A DNA stretch of 64,000 nt from Escherichia phage MIZ4, in sequence record OR167180, one strand, 5' to 3'. A model generated the notes under the pieces. The model worked only from the letters and a program-made list of their open reading frames with translations. It ran no database searches and was not told where the DNA came from. The stretch's first letter is position 1; each line of letters opens with the position of its first letter. A program made the position numbers and the translations under genes. This document shows positions 55,678 to 64,000 of the stretch, piece by piece.

Positions 55678-56665
55678 TGAAAATAGTGTGATCTATCGCT
55701 CAATCATTACTAGCAAATTCAGAACAGAAAAACTTCTGAACTTCTATAATTCTGTAGGCGATGGAGCAAATCAAATTACAATTTATGGAACGTTTGGACG
55801 TTCGGAGCCGTGGTCAGAAAACGAAAAAGAGGTGGGCTTTGCCCCACCTTATCCGACCGATTCAACGGCTGGTGTTGTTGACATGTGGACCCATATGATG
55901 GGGGCGGTTAAGATTAACAAATCACTTCTTGATGCGGTTATCCCTCGTAAAGATTGGGGTGATACCGGACAGGATAACCCGCGCACGTTCTTTATCAATG
56001 ACATTGTTGTCGTAAACTCAGCACCATATAACCGAACTGATGTTGGTAGCGGCTGGATGGTGTATCGCGTAACCGATGTTCCTGATCGCGGTTACTGCTC
56101 GATTTCAAGCATTGACGCTAAAGTAGAGTGTTTGAAGTTGGGCGGAAAGTGGACCCCCACTCATGAATCAATTGCGCCACCTGTAGGAAAGGGCGATTCT
56201 ATTGATATGGGTGATGGGTATCGTTGGGAATATCTGTACACAATTCCACCTGATGCGGCGATCAACCGTTGCACCAATGAACATATTGTTGTACCGTTCC
56301 CCGATGAACTGCGACAAGATCCGGCGCGTTGGGGCTATGACAATGTGATCACCTGGTATAATGACTATAATCTGCTTTATCGGCTGAAAGTAGTAACTTT
56401 GCGTTTTCAGGCTTATATGGACTCTGCGCAATTCCCAACTACCGCGTTAGTGGGTAATACTGGTTTCCGTCAGTTAAGCATTATCCTTAACCCATTGGAA
56501 AAGAAAGCACGCCCTAGCGATCCAGACGTTAAAGCGGTCAAAGATAAGTACCGACCGCAAGACTTAGAGCCACACTCAGGCGAAATGATCTACATGGAAA
56601 ACCGACAACCTATCGTTCGGTCATTAGATCAAACAGAACTTGTTTCTGTATTGTTTGAGTTCTAA
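55670..56665 (+). CDS. 8: baseplate wedge protein gp8
   Basis: 331 aa versus T4 gp8 334 aa; position. Confidence 0.75.
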   Translation: MANENSVIYRSIITSKFRTEKLLNFYNSVGDGANQITIYGTFGRSEPWSENEKEVGFAPPYPTDSTAGVVDMWTHMMGAVKINKSLLDAVIPRKDWGDTGQDNPRTFFINDIVVVNSAPYNRTDVGSGWMVYRVTDVPDRGYCSISSIDAKVECLKLGGKWTPTHESIAPPVGKGDSIDMGDGYRWEYLYTIPPDAAINRCTNEHIVVPFPDELRQDPARWGYDNVITWYNDYNLLYRLKVVTLRFQAYMDSAQFPTTALVGNTGFRQLSIILNPLEKKARPSDPDVKAVKDKYRPQDLEPHSGEMIYMENRQPIVRSLDQTELVSVLFEF

Positions 56666-56679
56666 GTGTATGATTTTAA

Positions 56680-56703
56680 AAGCCAATTCGAGAGAGTTGG
56701 CTT
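56680..56703 (+). terminator. hairpin plus T-run after gene 8
   Basis: AAGCCAA..TTGGCTT followed by TTCCATTTTT. Confidence 0.4.
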
Positions 56704-56717
56704 TTCCATTTTTGGTG

Positions 56718-56745
56718 TTGACAATCTTATTTGGTAAGGTATAAT
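56718..56745 (+). promoter_or_regulatory. sigma70-like early promoter cassette on the plus strand inside the late baseplate operon, TTGACA-16-TATAAT
   Basis: TTGACA ATCTTATTTGGTAAGG TATAAT ACACACATCTAAACAACGGAGGATAAATT ATG, leader similar to the minus-strand cassettes. Confidence 0.55.
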
Positions 56746-56774
56746 ACACACATCTAAACAACGGAGGATAAATT

Positions 56775-57032
56775 ATGGCACGTCGTAAATTTACAGATAA
56801 TTGTGAAGCAATTCAGGTATCCCCTTGCGGTTGGGATGTGATCGCGAACGGTGAAAAGATTGGAGAGATCATCGATCATACTCATTCATCACTAGCCGAT
56901 TACACCGATGAACTATGGGAGGGTATCAACTTCATGAATGACACTAAACGATTCAAGACTATCGACGAAGCTATCTATTTTGTGTATAATCCAACTTTCG
57001 GTATGTGGGGAACTAGAAAATGGCACGCGTAA
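56775..57032 (+). CDS. hypothetical protein
   Basis: 85-aa ORF, first gene of the inserted cassette. Confidence 0.35.
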   Translation: MARRKFTDNCEAIQVSPCGWDVIANGEKIGEIIDHTHSSLADYTDELWEGINFMNDTKRFKTIDEAIYFVYNPTFGMWGTRKWHA

Positions 57033-57349
57033 ATATTAAACTGCATTATACAATGGGTAAACCAAAACATCCAATGCATAAAGTGTTTTGGGGCTTGCAT
57101 CTTCAAGAAAAATGGCATGATAACTATTGGTTTTGTGACCATGATAAGAAGTGGCATTCTCAAGATGAAGTTAATGCGATGATGGAACAGGGTATCAAAT
57201 TTAATTACTCTAATTATGACCATAGCATTACTTGTATTCGAAAATTGAAACGGTTTATTCGAAAGAATCCGCAATTTAAAAACTTTGTGTTCTTTATGTC
57301 TCATGTTTATTTGGGGCATAGCGTTACCGTAACAGTAAAGGTTAAATAA
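57020..57349 (+). CDS. hypothetical protein
   Basis: 109-aa histidine/tryptophan-rich ORF. Confidence 0.35.
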   Translation: MARVNIKLHYTMGKPKHPMHKVFWGLHLQEKWHDNYWFCDHDKKWHSQDEVNAMMEQGIKFNYSNYDHSITCIRKLKRFIRKNPQFKNFVFFMSHVYLGHSVTVTVKVK

Positions 57350-58188
57350 TGGCACGACTTTCTAAACAAGAGCAAAAATTACACGATCGGGCGATGGAGT
57401 TGATTAATTCAGATCGTCCATTGACATTTGAAGAAAAAGAATTTTGCTATAACAACTATCATGGCGATGGACTAGGTGGTTCCGGTGCATTCTTTACCCC
57501 AGAATGGCTTGCCTGGGATTTTACCATTGATGCATATTGCACCGGAAAAGTATTAGATCTTTGTGCGGGGATCGGTCGCTTATCTTTTTGTATGTTACAT
57601 CGTTGTAAGCCAGAAAAGATCGTATGCGTCGAACTCAATCCAGAATTTGCGCGGATTGGCAAGCGACTATTACCGGAGGCAGAATGGATCACCAGCGATG
57701 TATTCGAATTTGAGTCAAACGAAAAATTCGATGTGGTGATCAGCAATCCACCTTTCGGTAAAATCAATACTACAGACACAAAGGATGTATTTGAATATAC
57801 TGGCGGTGAGTTTGAATTTAAGGTTATGACGTTAGGCCAGAAGTTTGCCGATGTAGGTTATTTTATTGTTCCTGCTAGTTCCGCTGGGTTTGCTTATTCC
57901 GGCAGACCTTATTATGATGAATCAGTGAAGTCTAATAAATATCTAAAATGGAGCAAACAAACTGGTTTGGTGACTTACGCCGGATGTGGGATCGATACAT
58001 CAATCTATCGCGATGAATGGCATAGTACCAACGTTTTAACAGAAGTGGTTGAGGTTCGGTATTACGAGAAAGAAGCCGTAGAAGCGCCTAAATCACGTCC
58101 CAACGAACAAATAGAAGAAAGTAAGGAGATTACCTTACCGAAACAGGAAAGCGAGTCTGGGACGCTCTCAGATTTGTTTGACATTTAA
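57349..58188 (+). CDS. SAM-dependent N6-adenine methyltransferase (gamma-class motif order)
   Basis: motif X-like GAFFTP, motif I VLDLCAGIGRLS, motif IV ISNPPFG, in that order. Confidence 0.65.
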   Translation: MARLSKQEQKLHDRAMELINSDRPLTFEEKEFCYNNYHGDGLGGSGAFFTPEWLAWDFTIDAYCTGKVLDLCAGIGRLSFCMLHRCKPEKIVCVELNPEFARIGKRLLPEAEWITSDVFEFESNEKFDVVISNPPFGKINTTDTKDVFEYTGGEFEFKVMTLGQKFADVGYFIVPASSAGFAYSGRPYYDESVKSNKYLKWSKQTGLVTYAGCGIDTSIYRDEWHSTNVLTEVVEVRYYEKEAVEAPKSRPNEQIEESKEITLPKQESESGTLSDLFDI

Positions 58189-58194
58189 TTATAA

Positions 58195-58212
58195 GCCGTC
58201 CTTGTGGGCGGC
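58195..58212 (+). terminator. rho-independent terminator
   Basis: GCCGTCC TTGT GGGCGGC followed by TTTTTT. Confidence 0.55.
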
Positions 58213-58228
58213 TTTTTTGTATGTATTT

Positions 58229-58236
58229 TATAAATA
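58229..58236 (+). promoter_or_regulatory. T4-type late promoter TATAAATA upstream of gene 9
   Basis: exact TATAAATA about 27 nt before the gp9 ATG. Confidence 0.6.
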
Positions 58237-58263
58237 ATACATCATAACATGAGGAATTAAACA

Positions 58264-59118
58264 ATGGCACAAGTTCCAAAGAAAAGAATAGACACAGGTA
58301 CTGTCGGCAATCCATCGACTGGCGATATCTTATATGATGGCGGTAATAAAATTAACGATAACTTTGATTCAATATATGACGCATTTGCTGATCAACGGTT
58401 TAAAGACGTAGACCACGGCGTAGGAAGAATGGTTATTCATGCAACCGGATACTATCAGAAACATCCACGTCAAAGCTACGCTGGGTCCGCTGTTGAGATT
58501 GGGAGTCTACACGATATCGATACAACTCAAGGCGCACTTATTGCTATTCTACCTAAAGCAAAGGTTGGTGAGGGTGTTGTATTCATAAATAGTAACGGTA
58601 GCTTTTCAACGACGACACCGCTCAATATTAGAACTCAAGCAGGTGATTCTATTAGCGGGTATTCCGGTGATGCTATAATAACACAACCATTTTCAAAAGT
58701 CACTGTTTGGTGTACTGCCGTTGAAGGTAGTCGCGTAACATGGCGATTGGGTATCGAAAGTATGTTTACCGATACAACAACGCCATTAGATAAAACAGTT
58801 AACGTAACTGGAGTAGCAACAAACGTTGCTATTTCCGCAAAAACAGAATACGTTTCCATCAAATTATTAACTACCGCTAGCAATACATCCGGTTCAAAAA
58901 TGCGTTCAAGTGAAACGCTACTGATGATTGATTCTAAAGCCGGAAAAGTTTATGCGACGGAATATGCAGTTTTGCAGAAGACAGAAGATGAGCTATACAC
59001 GGTTCGTTATTTCATCGGTTCCGGCGATAAAGTATATGCAGAGTATAAGGCTACTGGCGAAAATATTCGTTTAGCAGTTAAAGCCGTAGACACTATTAAA
59101 ATCGGGGTTGCTACATGA
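58264..59118 (+). CDS. 9: baseplate wedge / long-tail-fibre socket protein gp9
   Basis: PKKRIDTGTVGNPSTGDILYDGGNKINDNFDSIYDAF, IHATGYYQKH, IKIGVA match T4 gp9. Confidence 0.85.
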   Translation: MAQVPKKRIDTGTVGNPSTGDILYDGGNKINDNFDSIYDAFADQRFKDVDHGVGRMVIHATGYYQKHPRQSYAGSAVEIGSLHDIDTTQGALIAILPKAKVGEGVVFINSNGSFSTTTPLNIRTQAGDSISGYSGDAIITQPFSKVTVWCTAVEGSRVTWRLGIESMFTDTTTPLDKTVNVTGVATNVAISAKTEYVSIKLLTTASNTSGSKMRSSETLLMIDSKAGKVYATEYAVLQKTEDELYTVRYFIGSGDKVYAEYKATGENIRLAVKAVDTIKIGVAT

Positions 59119-60917
59119 AACAATTAATTAATATCGGTAACGTTGTTGATGACGGTACAGGTGATTATCTAAGAAAAGGCGGTCAAAAGATTAATGACAA
59201 CTTTTCTGAACTTTATACTAAGCTGGGGGACGGTGATATCCCTCATGCATCCGGAGCGTGGAAAACTCACACACAACCAGTATTAAAACCAAATTTTGGT
59301 GATGCATGGGCGATTAATACAACGAACAACGCTGTTTCTGTTGAATTGCCTAAAGGAAGCGCGAGTGATTACAATAAAACAATTAAACTTCGTGATGTTT
59401 GGCGCTCATGGGCTGCACATAACGTAACATTGAAGCCAGCACAAGGTGATACCATTAAGGGATCTCCAATCGACCGTGAGTTGTATAAAGATTTTATGGA
59501 TGTTGAACTGGTTTATTGTGCGCCTGGACGCTGGGAATATATCGAAAACAAGCGAGTTGACACGATCACCACGTCTGACCTAAGCACAGTAGCTAAGGAA
59601 GTTTATATTGCCACAGAAGGGCAAACAGATTTCCCTAATGTATTTGGTTCTAACACATATAACACTCGAAATGTTGAAGTATATTATCGAGGAAACCTTT
59701 TATATTATGGCAAGTCTTTTAGTAATGACTCTAACTACGGTTCAATTGGTGAGGATGGATCACTTGTTGAACTTGATGGCAAAAGCATAAAACTTCGTTT
59801 TCCTTGTTCGGCTGGGGATACCGTTCAAATTATTACATATATGGACGGAATTGCATCATTCCGATCTAGTTATATCACACACACAATTAGAGTGTATGAT
59901 ACCGGAATGACAGCACTAGAAACTATTCCGGGTGAAGTGTGGGTAGGTGATTTATCGACGAAAAAAGAATTTACCAATGCTGATTTGGGAGTTAGTAAAC
60001 GTGATATAATTAACCCAAATTCATTTGAGTTATTAATAAATGGTACTCAAATGATTAAAGCTGGTGATGCTGATCTTCCTTCGTTTGTTTGTGAAGGTGC
60101 TGACGGAGAAACCGAAGAGAGTTGCGCACTTGCTGGCGGTCAGTGGGTACAGTCTGGAGAAGATTATTCACTGGTATTTGATGAGAATAGCATTGTAACA
60201 GGGATTAAATTAGCTAAAGCGTTGGACAATAGAGATACTATAACAATTCGTTGGTTTAATAACGATATCGGAACTCTATTAGAATGGGATGGTGTCGGCG
60301 GAATTAAAGAAAAAGCAGACAAGATTTATCTCAATAACGAAGACGAAGTTAATTTAACAAAACAAATTGAATATACTGACTTCCAGAATCCTAGCCAGAA
60401 AAACACTCGTCCGGCAGAAGAGTATTCAGGTCGAATTATGGATATATATGCACTGTTTGATATTTTCCATCCGATCGGCACGATATACGAAAACGCACAT
60501 AACCCAGCTAACCCAGCGACCTATATGGGGTTTGGTATCTGGGTTCGGTATGCGGAAGGAGAATTTCTTGCTGGTTGGTCTTCCGATGCCAACGACCAGA
60601 ATTTTGCATTAAACAATAACGATCTTGATATTCATGGACAACCTACACACACCGCTGGTGGTACTGGTGGTGAAGTTGCCTATCAAATCAAGAAAGATAT
60701 GATTCCTGAATTACAATCCAGCGATCGTGTTTTGGTGAAAGACGATACAGGGTCAATTATCATTGGTGGTTGTCAAGTTGATCCTGATGCGGCAGGTCCA
60801 GCGTTTACGAAATATAGAGAGGATATCGTAAAAGTTAATTCTGGAAATGCTGATCCATCAATGATGGGTATTCTTCCTCCATATCGCACCGTTCATCGCT
60901 GGTTAAGGGTAGGTTAA
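59115..60917 (+). CDS. 10: baseplate wedge protein gp10
   Basis: MKQLINIGNVVDDGTGDYLRKGGQKINDNFSELYTKLGDGD is near-identical to the T4 gp10 N-terminus. Confidence 0.85.
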   Translation: MKQLINIGNVVDDGTGDYLRKGGQKINDNFSELYTKLGDGDIPHASGAWKTHTQPVLKPNFGDAWAINTTNNAVSVELPKGSASDYNKTIKLRDVWRSWAAHNVTLKPAQGDTIKGSPIDRELYKDFMDVELVYCAPGRWEYIENKRVDTITTSDLSTVAKEVYIATEGQTDFPNVFGSNTYNTRNVEVYYRGNLLYYGKSFSNDSNYGSIGEDGSLVELDGKSIKLRFPCSAGDTVQIITYMDGIASFRSSYITHTIRVYDTGMTALETIPGEVWVGDLSTKKEFTNADLGVSKRDIINPNSFELLINGTQMIKAGDADLPSFVCEGADGETEESCALAGGQWVQSGEDYSLVFDENSIVTGIKLAKALDNRDTITIRWFNNDIGTLLEWDGVGGIKEKADKIYLNNEDEVNLTKQIEYTDFQNPSQKNTRPAEEYSGRIMDIYALFDIFHPIGTIYENAHNPANPATYMGFGIWVRYAEGEFLAGWSSDANDQNFALNNNDLDIHGQPTHTAGGTGGEVAYQIKKDMIPELQSSDRVLVKDDTGSIIIGGCQVDPDAAGPAFTKYREDIVKVNSGNADPSMMGILPPYRTVHRWLRVG

Positions 60918-60918
60918 T

Positions 60919-61563
60919 ATGATTTCTAAAACACGTTCTAAAGCAAGCGTATTTTCTAGCGACGCAGCATTCATTTCATACGATCCGGGGTCGAAAGACC
61001 CCATTATTGGTGACATTCGCCCAATTGGTGGATTAAACGTAGACCAATCTCGCAAAGGTTCTTTTATTAACAACGTACAATCAGCCATTGATGATTTGTA
61101 TAGCATTTCTATGCTTAATGTCGGTGATGTATTGGTAACTACAAATTCAACTCCACCGGAAGCGGCTGGACAAATAGAAACTCTTTCTTTCACTGGAACG
61201 GTAACAAATAAACACGATCCAGCCGCGACAAAAGTTGTAATTGAAGTTTTGGGTTATCCATTTGTTGTTAATGTTGGAACATCGAATGTTGCATTATGCG
61301 AAATGGTCACAACAAAATTTACTGAATTGAAAGACAAAAGTATCTTATTCTCTAAAGTTGAGAGGAAAGGTACTGGTAATGATAAAATAGAGATTCAGTA
61401 TATTGATTCAAACGCACACGAAGCAACGGTCGTAGAAAAATATGGTATTAGCGTTCGTGGGGAAATAAATTCCCCTGCTCGTTATGGTTATGGTGCATGG
61501 TCCAGATTGGGAACGGAAGAAAAATTTGATTCAACACTATTTTATTTTAAGCGTATTGCGTAA
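60919..61563 (+). CDS. 11: baseplate wedge protein gp11
   Basis: C-terminal half (GTVT, VEKYGISV, PARYGYGAWSRLG, TLFYFKRIA) matches T4 gp11. Confidence 0.8.
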   Translation: MISKTRSKASVFSSDAAFISYDPGSKDPIIGDIRPIGGLNVDQSRKGSFINNVQSAIDDLYSISMLNVGDVLVTTNSTPPEAAGQIETLSFTGTVTNKHDPAATKVVIEVLGYPFVVNVGTSNVALCEMVTTKFTELKDKSILFSKVERKGTGNDKIEIQYIDSNAHEATVVEKYGISVRGEINSPARYGYGAWSRLGTEEKFDSTLFYFKRIA

Positions 61564-61574
61564 GGTGTAAAATT

Positions 61575-62978
61575 ATGAATAACACTATTAATCACGTAAA
61601 AGACGATGCACAGTATGTTAAGTTTGACCCTACCGGAAATTGGCCTAGCAATATAAAAAACGTACAAGCGGCATTAGCCGCTATTCAGGGATTTGCTATT
61701 GCAGGTCTTCCAACGGCAACCGAAGAAACAGCGGGTATTGCTGAAATTGCTACTCAACAAGAAGTAGATGATGGGTTGGATGGAACTAAAATTGTTACCC
61801 CCAAAACATTGGCTGTTAAGCTGTCAAGACCGGACGCAACAAAACTTGTCAAAGGGATCACTCGCTATGCTAATAACGATGAAGCTATGGGCGATACTCC
61901 AAATATTGCAATTGGTCCTGATACATTAACCCATGTATTCGAGAACAAGAAAGCAACGGAAACCGTACAGGGTACAATTAAAATCTGTTCTATGGATGCG
62001 GCAAAAATAGGTAGCGATGACACTATGGCAGTAACTCCTAAAAAGATGCACGCTGCTATTGCTCAGATTGTTCCAGGGTTGATTCCAGAACAAAACACGG
62101 CGACCGAGTCCCGTGAGGGTTTAGTTAGACTGGCGACAAGCCAACAAACGCTTGCTGGTATTATCAGAGAAGGATTTGCCGTTAGTCCATATGCATTTTC
62201 CAACGCAAGAGCCAATGAAAATCAGGCGGGTACTGTTAAAATTGCCTCATCCCAACAAATGATTGACGGCAATGACAACACAGTAGTAGTATCAGCACAA
62301 AAATTTGCGAACACTAAAGCAACCACTGGACAATTCGGTGTTGTTAAGCTAACAGATAACCCAGGATCAGGCGAGGCAAACACAGCACTGTCGGCAAATG
62401 CTCGTGTATTGCCTCTAAGTGGTGGTGTCGTTACTGGTGATGTGTATCGTCATAGCGGAGGCGACGGAAACCAGTTTATCATTAAAAATGAACTGGATGG
62501 TCTTTGTATGCCTATTGGTGGCATCATTCTTACAGCATTTAACAGTTTCGACCACGCACAATTCAAAATCTGTAACGGTCAATGGTTAAATAAACACCAA
62601 TATCCAGTATTATTTTCACGAATCGGTTTCACTTACGGCGGAGATGGCGGAGACAACTTTGCTCTACCCGATATGCGAGGGCTTGTTGCTAGAGGATGCG
62701 ACCACGGTCGAGGACTAGACCCAGGTCGTGGATTTGGTACTTATCAAGACGACACCATGCAACATATGACAGGTAACTTCCCTGTAGCTAACCGTTGGCG
62801 CGGTTGGACTGGTGGTGCATTTACCATCACAGGTGGTCAATGGAGCACGAACTATAAAAACGGTGGTGGTGATGATTGGGGTAGTATTGTTAACTTTGAC
62901 AGCGCAAGACAGGTTAGAACGTCTGGCGAAACTCGCGTTAAAAGCCTTGCATTAAACTACATGATAAGGGTACAATAA
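61575..62978 (+). CDS. 12: short tail fibre gp12
   Basis: YVKFDPT, VQAALAAI, EIATQQEVDDG..TKIVTPKTLA, GITRYANNDEA match the T4 gp12 N-terminus. Confidence 0.85.
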   Translation: MNNTINHVKDDAQYVKFDPTGNWPSNIKNVQAALAAIQGFAIAGLPTATEETAGIAEIATQQEVDDGLDGTKIVTPKTLAVKLSRPDATKLVKGITRYANNDEAMGDTPNIAIGPDTLTHVFENKKATETVQGTIKICSMDAAKIGSDDTMAVTPKKMHAAIAQIVPGLIPEQNTATESREGLVRLATSQQTLAGIIREGFAVSPYAFSNARANENQAGTVKIASSQQMIDGNDNTVVVSAQKFANTKATTGQFGVVKLTDNPGSGEANTALSANARVLPLSGGVVTGDVYRHSGGDGNQFIIKNELDGLCMPIGGIILTAFNSFDHAQFKICNGQWLNKHQYPVLFSRIGFTYGGDGGDNFALPDMRGLVARGCDHGRGLDPGRGFGTYQDDTMQHMTGNFPVANRWRGWTGGAFTITGGQWSTNYKNGGGDDWGSIVNFDSARQVRTSGETRVKSLALNYMIRVQ

Positions 62979-64000
62979 TGATCGAACAGTTAAACATTCG
63001 AAAGATCCCTAACGTCGATGGTGTCCCTGGAGAGGGACAGCATTCTATTAGCTGGATTAAAAATGGTGAATGTCTAAGCGCAGCAACCACAGAAACAGGA
63101 CACGAGGGGACGCTTAACCGCGCCCCTTATGCGATTCAAGAAAATATTGTTCGTCTGGATGAAAATTCTAAGACAACGGTAACAAAAGTTAACGAAGTTG
63201 TTACAGCAGTTAATGATATTAAAACTACTTTAGGCGCGGTTGCTGATGGTAGTATTATTGATATTGTCAATCAAACTATTTCAAAGGTTGAGTCTGTAGA
63301 AGAAAATTTAGGAGAAACTTCAAGGACATTACAAACCACAGTAGATGAACTGGCGGAGACCGGAAAGAAAATTGGTGTTCGTCCGGCAGCAGATCCGAGC
63401 ACACGAACAATATATGGTGATATTTCTTTCATCAAACAAGAATTGGGCGCTTTCCCTAACTTCAATATCAACGGTTATCCAGATCCAGGTAGTTCCGGTT
63501 CCGGTATCAAATATCGAGTTATCCAGAATACGGAAGCATTAAACAACCACGGTCAGCGAATCCGCCAACTAGAAAACGACTGGCAAGATTCTGACGTTGG
63601 AGAGCTAACAGAACAAGTTAACAAAATGCGAAGCGAGCTAGGCGACACATCACTAGCAACACAGGACAATGTTTATCTTCGTCTTCGCACAAATACTCGC
63701 AATATCGCTAGTATATCAAACGAAGTTCAGGAAGTAAAGAAAGCGATTCGATTTGAATCAATTCCTGATATCGGTACTAAAGTAACTAAGCTACAATCTG
63801 ATTATACACAGCTTAATGATGAAGTCAACGGCGTTGACGCTGGTATCCGTCCTCGTTTAACTCTTCTGGAAAATACGATTGGCAGTCCTCAAGCCGCTGG
63901 AAGTATTGATTATCGATTGACTAATCAAGAAAGGGAATTTGTAGATCTTAAATCTATTGTCGGTGTTAGTGGTGCTGATGGCCTACGTGGTGAGGTTGCA
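62978..64000 (+). CDS. wac: fibritin (wac), 5' partial, runs off the window
   Basis: start overlaps the gp12 stop (TAATG); VDGVPGEGQHSISWIKNGE matches the T4 wac N-terminus; coiled-coil heptads; no stop before position 64000. Confidence 0.8.
   Translation, partial: MIEQLNIRKIPNVDGVPGEGQHSISWIKNGECLSAATTETGHEGTLNRAPYAIQENIVRLDENSKTTVTKVNEVVTAVNDIKTTLGAVADGSIIDIVNQTISKVESVEENLGETSRTLQTTVDELAETGKKIGVRPAADPSTRTIYGDISFIKQELGAFPNFNINGYPDPGSSGSGIKYRVIQNTEALNNHGQRIRQLENDWQDSDVGELTEQVNKMRSELGDTSLATQDNVYLRLRTNTRNIASISNEVQEVKKAIRFESIPDIGTKVTKLQSDYTQLNDEVNGVDAGIRPRLTLLENTIGSPQAAGSIDYRLTNQEREFVDLKSIVGVSGADGLRGEVA

Overview
This window is a segment of a T4-like (Tevenvirinae-type) myovirus genome, with T4 core genes recognisable by protein motifs and conserved gene order. 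Positions 1-45063 are transcribed on the minus strand and carry replication, recombination and nucleotide-metabolism genes in T4 order: DNA polymerase 43 (N-terminal fragment), regA, 62, 44, 45, 46, 47, 55, nrdH-like, nrdG, nrdD, 49, nrdC, dam, tk, regB, an M15 endolysin, 57B/Acb1-like, 57A, 1 and 3. Genes 2 and 4 follow on the minus strand, then the plus-strand late baseplate cluster 53, 5, 5.4, 6, 7, 8, 9, 10, 11, 12 and the start of wac. Between the core genes are hyperplastic stretches of small ORFs punctuated by at least 18 copies of a modular early-promoter cassette (terminator, TTGACA, GC-rich palindromic spacer, TATAAT, conserved leader, identical RBS), which resemble the PeSL elements described for RB49-like phages. 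The most unusual content is: a DNA polymerase reading frame that stops inside motif A at the window edge; an expanded paralogous repeat-domain family in two clusters flanking nrdG/nrdD; a P-loop NTPase operon; a Pol-beta-type nucleotidyltransferase; a macro-domain protein; an orphan gamma-class N6-adenine methyltransferase carried on a promoter cassette inside the late baseplate operon; and three freestanding HNH homing endonucleases. No tRNA, rRNA or CRISPR array could be supported. All calls rest on reading the translations and sequence by eye; no database search was run.
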